A stretch of 64,000 nucleotides of DNA, the filler included, from Chrysochromulina tobinii (taxonomy: Eukaryota), in assembly GCA_001275005.1 (NCBI GenBank). It is 6 parts of 6 records of this genome, joined end to end, with 100 filler letters (N's around TTAATTAATTAA, not from the genome) between each part and the next. Parts side by side here need not be neighbours in the genome. Positions count along the whole stretch, not along the records: positions 1 to 21,761 come from JWZX01001297.1; positions 21,862 to 26,322 come from JWZX01001298.1; positions 26,423 to 45,804 come from JWZX01001299.1; 3 more parts are not named here. One strand, 5' to 3'. The notes beneath the pieces were generated by a model, which had not been told where the DNA came from, searched no databases, and was given only the letters and a program-made list of their open reading frames with translations. Positions 19,140 through 28,243 of this stretch are shown here, in pieces. Position numbers and translations under genes: made by a program. Numbering within the stretch: the stretch's first letter is position 1; the number at the start of each line of letters is the position of its first letter.

Positions 19140-19329
19140 GGGCCCCACCCTGGGGCCCCAGGGGGTTCATCCAGAAATTCCAGATCAGTACCAGATCGAT
19201 CCGGGTCACCCGCAGGTTGCAACACAAGAAGGAAACACAGGCGGGTACACACGCCGGATATGTTTAGGGGATGGTGTACTTCCGTCTCGAGCTATTCACA
19301 GTGAGCCAGTGTGAGGGTGAGAGGAGAAG

Positions 19330-20973
19330 ATGCTGTTCTTCATCATCGGCCTCGCAGTCGCCCTCAATGCGCCGGCGCCATCCATCGGTGGTCAGATTGA
19401 GGCCGCCACGAGCGGTGCCGCAGTCCTGGCTGCCGCCTCGCGCATTGAGTCGCCGACGCCTCCATTCTCGGCTCCACATTTAGCCCAGGACGTCCATCAG
19501 CTCAAGCGGCAGTCGCTGGCCTGCAATGCACTCGATGCGCTCGCGCGATTGCTCATTGGTTCAAGGAGCGATGCGGCGCGGCACGAGACGCTGCGTGACC
19601 CGCGCATGGCACCGCTCGTTCGCTGCGCCGCTGCGCCGAGCGTGTGCCGCGCTGACGGCGAGGTGGCTGCGCTGGACATGCAGTCGGCTCGCACAGTTGC
19701 CGTGTCGCTGACCGCGCTGGGCACGCTGTGCTCTGCGGACGCAGTGTTCTGCGCGCAACAAGGCGTAGCCCGTTCTGCTGATGCGGCATCGGCTCTCGGG
19801 CCTCTGCGCGACGCGGCGGCGCAGCTCGTAGGCCGTGCTGAGACGCTGGCTTGGCACATGGAGCTACAGGACGCCGTCGCCTCCCGCTGGGCAGCCCGCC
19901 GGCTGCTTGGCGCGCGTGCGAGCACCGACCGGCTCAACGAGCGCACCTGCCGCTTACCTTACGACTTCGTGCCCGGGCTCATCGCCCTTCCTTCTGCCGA
20001 CGCGTCGCTCAACCAGCCGTACCTGCCGTCGTTGGCCACCCTGGTGAGCTCGCTCAGCGCCGACGCTCTCGCCTCCCAGATCCAGTTTGAGCAGCAGGCG
20101 CTGATGACGGCCGATGGGCGCAAGGTGAGGGAGCGGCGGCACACGTGTTGGCTCGCCGAGGAGGGCATCGGCGCCCTCGCGTACTCAGGGAAGCTGATGA
20201 GTCCCGTGCCGCTGAGGCGGAGCGTTTTGGTGGCCGCGCTTCGTGATGCATTGCATGCAGACCTCAAGGAGCGCTTCGACTGCTGCCTGGCGAACCTGTA
20301 CCCGAGCGGTGGCACTGCGGCGTGCGCGTGGCACCGCGACCCTGAGCATGGCGACGCCATCGATGATGCCAAGTGGGACCGATCCACATACGTAGTCAGC
20401 TGCGGAGAGGCCCGCCGCTTTGCGCTGCGGCCTTGCCAGGTGGCGCCGCCGGCCGCGATCGTGGCTGCAGCGGCCGGCGCGGGGAGTGCCACGCCGCACG
20501 GCGACGCGGCGTCATTGATGAGTTCCGAGGCGATGCGCCACGTCGTCCCTCTGTACACCGGCGATGTGATGGTCATGCACTCGAATTGTAACGACGACTT
20601 CGAGCACTCAGTGCTGGCCGCACAGGGCGAAGGCAACGCGGGCGCGCGCGTCTCTCTCGTGTTCAAGCGCGCACTCGTCGGACGAGACGGCCGGCGCGGC
20701 CACACGCTCGAGGGGCAAGGGCGACGAGCGCGCGCAGCGCGCGCGCGCACAGAGGGAGAGGAGCGCCAGCATACGATCTCAGAGCGAGCTACGATCTCCG
20801 AGCGAGCTACGATCTCCGAGCGAGCTACGCGTGCGGTCGCGGCTCCTTCGTCGAGCCGAGCCAACGGCCGAGCCAACGGCCGTGGCAGCGGCCGTGGTGG
20901 CGACGGGGCCCGTGGACGGCGCGGTGCCGGCGGCGCTCGGCGCCGCGGCACCTCAGGTAGATACTCCAGCTGA
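19330..20973 (+). CDS. AlkB-family (ALKBH2/3-like) 2OG-Fe(II) dioxygenase with targeting leader and RGG-rich tail
   Basis: LAYSGK, CLANLY, WHRD (HxD), VSCGEARRF, HSV, RVSLVFKR. Confidence 0.85.
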   Translation: MLFFIIGLAVALNAPAPSIGGQIEAATSGAAVLAAASRIESPTPPFSAPHLAQDVHQLKRQSLACNALDALARLLIGSRSDAARHETLRDPRMAPLVRCAAAPSVCRADGEVAALDMQSARTVAVSLTALGTLCSADAVFCAQQGVARSADAASALGPLRDAAAQLVGRAETLAWHMELQDAVASRWAARRLLGARASTDRLNERTCRLPYDFVPGLIALPSADASLNQPYLPSLATLVSSLSADALASQIQFEQQALMTADGRKVRERRHTCWLAEEGIGALAYSGKLMSPVPLRRSVLVAALRDALHADLKERFDCCLANLYPSGGTAACAWHRDPEHGDAIDDAKWDRSTYVVSCGEARRFALRPCQVAPPAAIVAAAAGAGSATPHGDAASLMSSEAMRHVVPLYTGDVMVMHSNCNDDFEHSVLAAQGEGNAGARVSLVFKRALVGRDGRRGHTLEGQGRRARAARARTEGEERQHTISERATISERATISERATRAVAAPSSSRANGRANGRGSGRGGDGARGRRGAGGARRRGTSGRYSS

Positions 20974-21513
20974 CTCCAGAGCTCCCTGTTACATCTGTTG
21001 CGGGTGTGCCCGTAGTGTGGTGCGACGGACGCACGCTCACACGCACTGGTTCGTGGTTTTTGGTCTTTAGTTTGTCCGCTTTGAGCCCTCGCACACCCGA
21101 ACCAAACCCGAACCATGGTGCATGGAGACAAACAACGAGACCGGACGGTGATCCATCGGGCGACCATGCGGTGATTTCTGAAGTACCACAAGAAATGTTC
21201 TTTGTTGTCGGGGGTGGACGTGTGGTAACTTCAAACTTCCATTCCCTGGATGGGTGGGTAAAGACAGCAAGACACGCGGTATCCACGCGCCATCTTCCGA
21301 GCGCTCGCGGACTGATGACAAGTAAGGCACTCCTGTACCCGCTTGTACATGCTTGTATACCCGGTGTAGCGCCGCGCCGGTGACACACAGTCACACACGT
21401 TTACCTCACTCTCATATGACACCTGGGGAAACTTGGAAACTTACGGCCAGAACTTCAGCGCCGCGCGCGTGTGTCGAAGTCGCCTTGTGCTTACCCGGTT
21501 TGTCTCTGCTCAG

Positions 21514-21761
21514 ATGTACCACGACGATACCTTCGTGCCTTCGATCGCCCTAGAAGGCACGAAGCACGATGCCGAGCCCATCTGGGTACCTGCCTCGCGA
21601 CTCGGTGGGAAGGACGAGCCACCCATGCCACTCTTCTGGACCGTCGACTCGGGCGACCTGAAGCAAGGGGCCGTCGGCGATTGCTGGCTGATCGCTGCAG
21701 TGTCATGCCTCGCCAACTACCCCGAGGAGATCGAGGCCCTCTTCTTCGGCCACGGCGCAGA
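21514..21761 (+). CDS. Calpain (CysPc) catalytic-domain fragment, truncated by the contig end
   Basis: DLKQGAVGDCWLIAAVSCLA active-site motif; preceded by an acceptor-like CTCAG. Confidence 0.8.
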
Positions 21762-21861
21762 NNNNNNNNNNNNNNNNNNNNNNNNNNNNNNNNNNNNNNN
21801 NNNNNTTAATTAATTAANNNNNNNNNNNNNNNNNNNNNNNNNNNNNNNNNNNNNNNNNNNN
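21762..21861. other. Artificial contig linker (44N-TTAATTAATTAA-44N)
   Basis: Identical 100-nt spacer with six-frame stops occurs five times. Confidence 0.98.
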
Positions 21862-22195
21862 TGTGTCCCATCTGTGCATGGTCGACGACGAATGCAACGT
21901 GATGAACGATGAGGCCGCTTCTTGCGGCCGCTTCTACACGCGTAGATGCATCTAGCATGAACGCTGCGTCTGTGTAGAGCAACGTGATGAACGATGAGGC
22001 CGCTTCTTGCGGCCGCTTCTAGACACGCGTAGATGCGTCTAGCATGAACGCTGCGTCTGTGTAGAGCTGCTCGGCATGTCAGATCCACCCGAGGCTTGCA
22101 AGGTCAGCTTCCACGCAAGACTCAACATGAGCTCGTTGAGGTGTGTCCCATCTGTGCATGGTCGACGACGAATGCAACGTGATGAACGATGAGGC
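21862..22195. repeat. Complex ~280-nt-period repeat, also present at 24227-24450
   Basis: TGTCCCATCTG(TG)CATGGTCGACGACGAATGCAACGTGATGA at about 21864, 22144 and 24343; CAGATCCACCCGAGGCTTG..AGGTCAGCTTCCACGCAAGACTCAACATGAGCTCGT at about 22080 and 24280. Confidence 0.9.
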
Positions 22196-22206
22196 CAGCG
22201 GCGCGC

Positions 22207-22356
22207 ATGGCGCTTCGCGAGCGCAACCTCAGCTCGGAGCGACCCAGCGAGACGACGCTCAAATCGCTGGACTCGTCATTGAAGAAGGTCGCCGCGTTCC
22301 TACAGAAGATCAAGGAGCGGCTCGGTGAGGAGACGCGAAAGCAGCTCCTCGAGGAG
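22207..22356 (+). pseudogene. UPF2: Isolated fragment resembling the first MIF4G domain of UPF2
   Basis: LRERNLSSERPSETTLKSLDSSLKKVAAFLQKIK matches the recalled UPF2 pattern LR..N....RP......LDSSLKKNTAF..KLK; ORF stops at 22425. Confidence 0.65.
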
Positions 22357-22419
22357 CCGAGCACAGTCAGCGCAAACGGTGCCCAGCTCACGGTTTCCAC
22401 GGCCTCGTGCGCCGTCGCT

Positions 22420-22721
22420 CTCTAGATACAATGTAGAACGGAGTGTCCCATTTGAGTGTCCCATTTTTTGGGACACTCGCGATCTGGTTCAACGAGCTCA
22501 TTCCTACCTTCATGCATGTTCGATGCATGGATTACACGTCCATGCAGCATGCTATGGACTTCACGCATGTTCACGTCGGTGAGATAGCTATGCCGTAGCT
22601 CATACTTCACGCACAAGGTACCGGTCAGACGAACATGCATGAAGGTAGGTATGAGCTCGTTGAACCAGATCGCGAGTGTCCCAAAAAATGGGACACTCCG
22701 TGGGACACTCCGTATCTAGAG
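22420..22721. mobile_element. MITE-like element with ~90-100-nt terminal inverted repeats
   Basis: 22420-22522 is the near-perfect reverse complement of 22630-22721; TCTAGA at both ends; internal GAGTGTCCCA/TGGGACACTC palindromes. Confidence 0.85.
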
Positions 22722-22903
22722 TACCGGGTAGGCTGTTACACGCCTGAAAGGGAGATTGTGGTCACTTTGTGTCTCACCTTATAATGCAAAGCATACGCGT
22801 GGTTGTTCAACGTACAGCCACACATCGATAGCTGTGAATTCACACGTACATTTGTCCCTTTTTTTGGTGTCTAAGGCGCCATGCAAAGTGTGCCTATCCA
22901 TCC

Positions 22904-23863
22904 ATGCGCGACAGTAGTGACGACGAGGAGGAGAGGGAAGTCGAAGGCGCAAGGGCTCGGATGAAGGCGGCGAGGGAGCGTGCAGCATCTGGCAAGAAAG
23001 CATTCAACACGGCCGATGTTCTGGTTGCTGTTCTCGGGAGCAGCGGTGCCGACGGCGCAAAGTTTTCGAAGGGTGTTATGGGACACATGCCATCCCACTT
23101 CCCGCAGGAAGTGGTCGAGAACTGGAAACAATGGGCAACGAACACGCCTAACTCTCTCGGCGAAATACCAATGGAGAAAAGATTACGTGTGTGCGAGATG
23201 CCAATGAAGTGCTCAGCTGCGCCCACAGCTCCCGTCACACAGGAGCATCGCATGCAGACGGAGCTCATTACCTACGACAACCCTGGCGGCCGATCGTTCA
23301 ACAAAGAGCAGCGCCAGCGTGACCTAACTGCTCGCTCCGCACTCAAAGAAGGTGACGTGACTCTTGGGGCCACTGTTGCATTGAAACGGGATGAGGATGC
23401 CACCGTCTCCACCTCAGAGATTGGCGGTTTTGGTACGCCTTTCTACGTCGGCGACGTGCGCGAGGTCAAGCTCGACCCAGTGGGTTCTTCGAGTGGAAAA
23501 GCGTGCGTGTCCAAGGTTACGATTCACTACAGAATGCCAATCTATCGAGACAAGTTCGTCAATATCATCACCAAGCCTTGGGCGCTCGCGTGTCACGGTC
23601 AACACAAGTGGACGACAGGGTGCGAGAGGCGCATCACTTGTAAGAAGGCGGCTCAAGAAGCGGGAAGCGACACGGCAGCTTGGCTGCATGAGGCGGATGC
23701 CGAAGAAATCATGGAGACTGCGCTGGAGCTGACGACCGCTGCTGTGCTCACGAAGAAGTCGAAGGAGCGGCTTGCCGAGCACGGCGATTGGCATTCGGAG
23801 CTTGGCATTGAGAAGAGAGCCGAAATGCCAGCCCGAAAGAAGAGGCAGCGCCAGAAGAGGTGA
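22904..23863 (+). CDS. Hypothetical transposon-associated protein with C-terminal NLS-like motif
   Basis: 319-aa ORF of lower GC inside a repeat-rich contig; FYVGDV..V...VTIHY beta-barrel-like segment; RKKRQRQKR. Confidence 0.45.
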   Translation: MRDSSDDEEEREVEGARARMKAARERAASGKKAFNTADVLVAVLGSSGADGAKFSKGVMGHMPSHFPQEVVENWKQWATNTPNSLGEIPMEKRLRVCEMPMKCSAAPTAPVTQEHRMQTELITYDNPGGRSFNKEQRQRDLTARSALKEGDVTLGATVALKRDEDATVSTSEIGGFGTPFYVGDVREVKLDPVGSSSGKACVSKVTIHYRMPIYRDKFVNIITKPWALACHGQHKWTTGCERRITCKKAAQEAGSDTAAWLHEADAEEIMETALELTTAAVLTKKSKERLAEHGDWHSELGIEKRAEMPARKKRQRQKR

Positions 23864-24226
23864 ATGCACGGTCGCTGCGTCTCTGCACGGGCGCTGTGCG
23901 ACCGGGCGAGGTTAAAGCGTTAAGCGGCCCGGCCGGTCGGCTGATCGAGTATCAATGGTTGACAGAGTGTGATAAGAAACTACATAAGGGGGTGCGCCAG
24001 GCTGGGGTCCCGAGCTATAGTGGTACAAGGGTGTCAACTATAACCAAATTATAACCATTGGCTGTGATTATCGTTACTTACACGTGCACAAAAGGTGTAG
24101 TTACATTATATAAGGACCTTTCACATAGCGATCGACGTTTAGGGCCGACAAAAGAGCCGATCGATGCATCGTAGACGAAATGCGAGAACCGAGCGTGGCG
24201 GCGGGGATGCAAAGCGCACGGCGGAT

Positions 24227-24450
24227 CGATGAGGCCGCTTCTTGCGGTCGCTGCGTCTGTGTATAGCTGCTCGGCGTGTCAGATCCACCCGAGGCTTGAA
24301 AGGTCAGCTTCCACGCAAGACTCAACATGAGCTCGTCGAGGTGTCCCATCTGCATGGTCGACGACGAATGCAACGTGATGATCGATGAGGCCGCTTCTTG
24401 CGGCCGCTGCTTCACGCGTAGATGCGTCTAGCATGAACGCTGTGTCTGTT
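24227..24450. repeat. Second copy of the 21862-22195 repeat, direct orientation
   Basis: Direct sequence match. Confidence 0.9.
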
Positions 24451-25081
24451 CATCGCTACTCTCAGCGTGAACAAAGCCCGGTCTATTTCAAGACTTCAGC
24501 GCTTCCACGCGATCAACCTTGTCAAAGATAGCACCGCACTATGCAACCTAGCCTGCTCTTACTTGCGAAAGCGCTAGCCTTGCGTTAGCCTTGAGTACTT
24601 CATGTCGGACTCTGACATTCGGCAGCTATACGCAGAGGCAGCGCCCGTGCTGTATGCATCTACGCGTGTAGCAGTCGAGTGGCCTTGTTTTACAGAAGCA
24701 ATAAGTCTCACAGTGCCGCCGTCGCGTGAGTATAGAACTGGAGAGATACGAAGGGGCCGAGACAGGGGCCGAGAATAGGCCGAGAAAGGACGCTCCGTCG
24801 CAAATGCAGATTGCCAGATTCCTCGACCGCCACTGCGCGAACATCGAGTGCAGCGTGAGGCGGTGGAAAGTAAGAAACTGCGAGCTGGGCAGCGTGCCCC
24901 CACCGATTGCGCTGTGTAACGGTGCTTCGTTCGTTGGATGCTAAGAAAGTATGGCGGTCAGGCGGCCGAGCGTGATGCTTCAGGAGAGTGACGGTGAGGT
25001 GCGATGCTCACGGTTCACGCCCGCTCGCATCGTGTGTCTTACTATAGACTGAGCGAATAAACATACTCAACATTTCTCATT

Positions 25082-26322
25082 TCATTCGCGTGGCGCAAAA
25101 AACTCTTTTTCTTGTGGGGCTACCTGTGCTGGATCCTTGGGCTCAAATCCCGGCTCGAAGAGCTCAATTCCATCAGGGTCAGTCACCAACGGACCGCCCC
25201 CTGTTGCCAAAGGAGGCAGCCAAATAGGATCTGCAGCCAACTCCTTATAATGTAGCACGACCCGTTTGTCAGACGCGCGTTTATGAATCCAGCATGTATG
25301 CGGAACCTTAGTCTGATTAGCCTCCTCGAAATTAGCATGCTGGATGCCTTCTGGGACCTTCTTGCGCAATGAGGGTTTCAGGTAGGTGTCCCAGTCAAGA
25401 ACGCTGAGCACGTTGGAGAAAGTTGCCTTCGCACTCTTTTGCATGGCCTCCCTCAGCTCGGCCTCAAACTGTTGCGGGTCCAAAACATGTCCCAGCTGCT
25501 TCAAGAATCGAGACAGTACGGAGAACACTTGATCGATGTCCTCATGGGTGTGACCCACGATGAGGAAAGAGAAATAGATGTCATCAGTGTATCCGTGGTA
25601 CACAAGCATTGCGAGGAAGAGCAAGACCGTCCAGCACTTATTGTCGGATGCATTGTCCGCCTGGATGAAAAGCGTTCGTGGCAAAGGCCTCGTCCTGCAA
25701 AGGTCTACCAGCGTACGCCGAATGCCTTCAATGTTTAAATTTGCACCACCGCTTACAGTTCTGTTCACCGTGTAGAAATAGTGGCAGTTGGGCAGGCCAT
25801 GTACCAAGACCCCAAGGACCTTTTGCTCAAGCACCTCGTGTTTCAGCGCTGTCCACCAATGGCCAGGTGGTCTTGCAAAGTACGGGACGGTTGTTTTGTT
25901 AGAATCCCATTTATCCAAGATGAGGCTGAGATGATCGTTTGATGTACGTCCCTTCTCTCGGTTTCTGTAGTACTCGAGTCGCTCGTTTCGCACCTCGGCA
26001 TGATGTGCAGCACGTGTAGCTCGAGCAGTAGCGATAGTCTGGGCGTCATTCGATTTGTGTGCTGCCTTCACAGCGGCATTGAGGTTGTCACACTTCGTGC
26101 AGTGCTGAAAATTGAGTAGCCGCCGGGCGCGTACTATGTGCGCCACCTCGGGAGCTGTTCCAATTATGCGACAGAAGAAAGAATAAGCAGCAGCATCGTC
26201 GCCTAGAGCTAACTCGTATTCCTCATACTCATCCTGGCGATCACGTCGAGGGACCACGAGCTCGTTTGAGTCTGGCATCCAATCACCCATCGATTCCGCA
26301 TACCCAATATACCATCCGATAA
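25082..26322 (-). mobile_element. DUF7869 / Sola-like DDE(D) transposase, 5'-truncated by the gap
   Basis: CTKC, H....R..Y, LILDKWD, LFIQADNASDNK, FLIVGHTHEDIDQVFS motifs; lower GC than host genes. Confidence 0.8.
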
Positions 26323-26422
26323 NNNNNNNNNNNNNNNNNNNNNNNNNNNNNNNNNNNNNNNNNNNNTTAATTAATTAANNNNNNNNNNNNNNNNNNNNNN
26401 NNNNNNNNNNNNNNNNNNNNNN
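26323..26422. other. Artificial contig linker
   Basis: 44N-TTAATTAATTAA-44N. Confidence 0.98.
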
Positions 26423-27079
26423 GGCGGGGGGCGGCAGGGGGCGGCGGGGTGGCGGCGACGACGATTCGCCTTCGTCACGCCTCCGGCGGCGCAGCCGCCG
26501 CATGATGCGCGACGATGAGGACGGTGAGGACGAGGAGGACGAGGACCATGCGCGAGCGCGTCGCCCTCGGCGCGCGTGCGTGGCGGCGGCCGCCGCGGCG
26601 GCGGAGGATGAGGACGAGGCGTTGCCATCGTTCGAGGACGACGACGGCGACTGGCGGCGCGCGGGTCAGCGCGACAAGGTGCGGCGGAAGCGCCAGGCCG
26701 AGCAACGGCGTGACCAGGTGAGGCGGCGCCGGCGCGTGGTCGATGACTCGGATGAGGACAGTGAGGAGGACGAGGAAGAGAGCTTCGGGGAGGAGGACGA
26801 GGACGAGGACGACGAGGACGAGGACAGCGCAGTCAGCTACGACGATGACTCAGAGGAGGACGAGGACGAGGACGAGGACGAGGAGGACGAGGCCGAGAAT
26901 CGGGTGCCACGAAACTCAAAGAGGCGCGAGAGTCAATCTCGCCATCAATCTCGCCGCCCCTCGAAGCGTGCAGCAGCCAAGCGCGCGACTGCGGCGGTGG
27001 TGGCCGCACGTCGCGGCGGCGGCGGCAGCAGCCGAGCCGGCGGTGGCAGCAGACGAGACCCCGAGCGTGCAGGCGCCCG

Positions 27080-27113
<34 letters not shown>

Positions 27114-27995
27114 AATGGCGATGGCGGCACCCGAGCGAGACGAAGCGAGGTGGAGGAGCTGGCCGCGGCTGCCGGCGCGAGCAGCAGCCCAGACGCCCAT
27201 CTCGATCGTGCCGGGAGGCGGCAGCGCCACTCGGCTCCTGCCCCCCCTGTGCGGCAGGTGGCACTGCAGCATGCCCTCACGCGCATTGGCGAGCGCGCTC
27301 CCACGACAGAACCGTTACCGCCCGAGAAGAATTGGCTTCGTCGCAAGGAGTTAGTCGAGGCACATGCGATCGGCGAGGACGAGAATGACCATGGGTTTGA
27401 GCACCAGTGGTTCACCGCCCGAGTCGTCTCAGTGGACCGAAAGAACTGCCACGCGTTGCTCGAGTTCGAGGAGCTGCTGAACGACGATGGGCAGAGCAAG
27501 CTCATGGAACGGATTGAGCTCTCGAAGATCCGCCCGATACCCCCGAGCGGCGCCGCCCAGGTATGCCTTGACGACTGCCCCTGGAAGCCGGAGAGGGGCT
27601 TTGCCAAGTCGGTGGACTCGGCCGAGTACGCGGCGCAGCTTGCGTGGGTCCGAAGTCTACCGATCGGCGCGGCCGTTGAATGCTACGCTGATGACGCGTG
27701 GTGGGCCGGCGTATGCATGGGAGAGGTTTCTGTCGACGAGGCCCGCGCCCACGCCGACGCGTACGAGGCGGCCGTGGCGGCGGCCGCTGCGGAGGACCCA
27801 GCTGCCCCGTCTCCCGACCGGCCCGACCCCACCAACGAGGGCCCTCACTTTTTAGTACGCTACTTTGTGGACCCGTCCGCTGACAAGTGGGGCGCGCCGC
27901 ACTTCGACCCGCGCTTCCTGCGGCCGCGGTGGGAGTTTGACGTCGACAAGACATTGTGGGAGCACGACGACGCGCTCTACGCGATCCTTGACTGA
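26423..27995 (+). CDS. Tandem Agenet/Tudor-like chromatin protein with acidic N-terminal region (5' partial)
   Basis: LVEA...GFEHQWFTARVV...LLEFEELLNDDG..KLMERI....IRPIPP and IGAAVECYADDAWWAGV...FLVRYF...LRPRWEF. Confidence 0.8.
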
Positions 27996-28243
27996 GAGAG
28001 AATTCTTCGAGAGAGTGTGAGAGAGAGAGATGCGCGGCTCGAGGAGAACTGGAGCGTGCAGAGAGAGAGAGAGAGAGCCCTGCGCCCACAGGCCTCAGGG
28101 CGGGTGAGTTTATGCGGACAGGCGTATGTTTCTTCACAGCCAATGTTTATAATTCGACACCCTCGACACCGGTTCGGGGCGGTTCGGGCAAGCGGCGGGG
28201 GGCGAAAAGGGCCGCTGCGAACGTTGGACGCGCAAAAGAGAGG

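Noticed and set aside
21080..21090. TGAGCCCT as an inverted partner of AGGGCTCA at 81-88
   Set aside because: Only 8 nt, the flanking repeats differ and the orientation does not enclose an element
21806..21817. TTAATTAATTAA palindromes inside N runs (five occurrences)
   Set aside because: Artificial six-frame-stop spacer for contig concatenation; neighbourhoods across them are not biological
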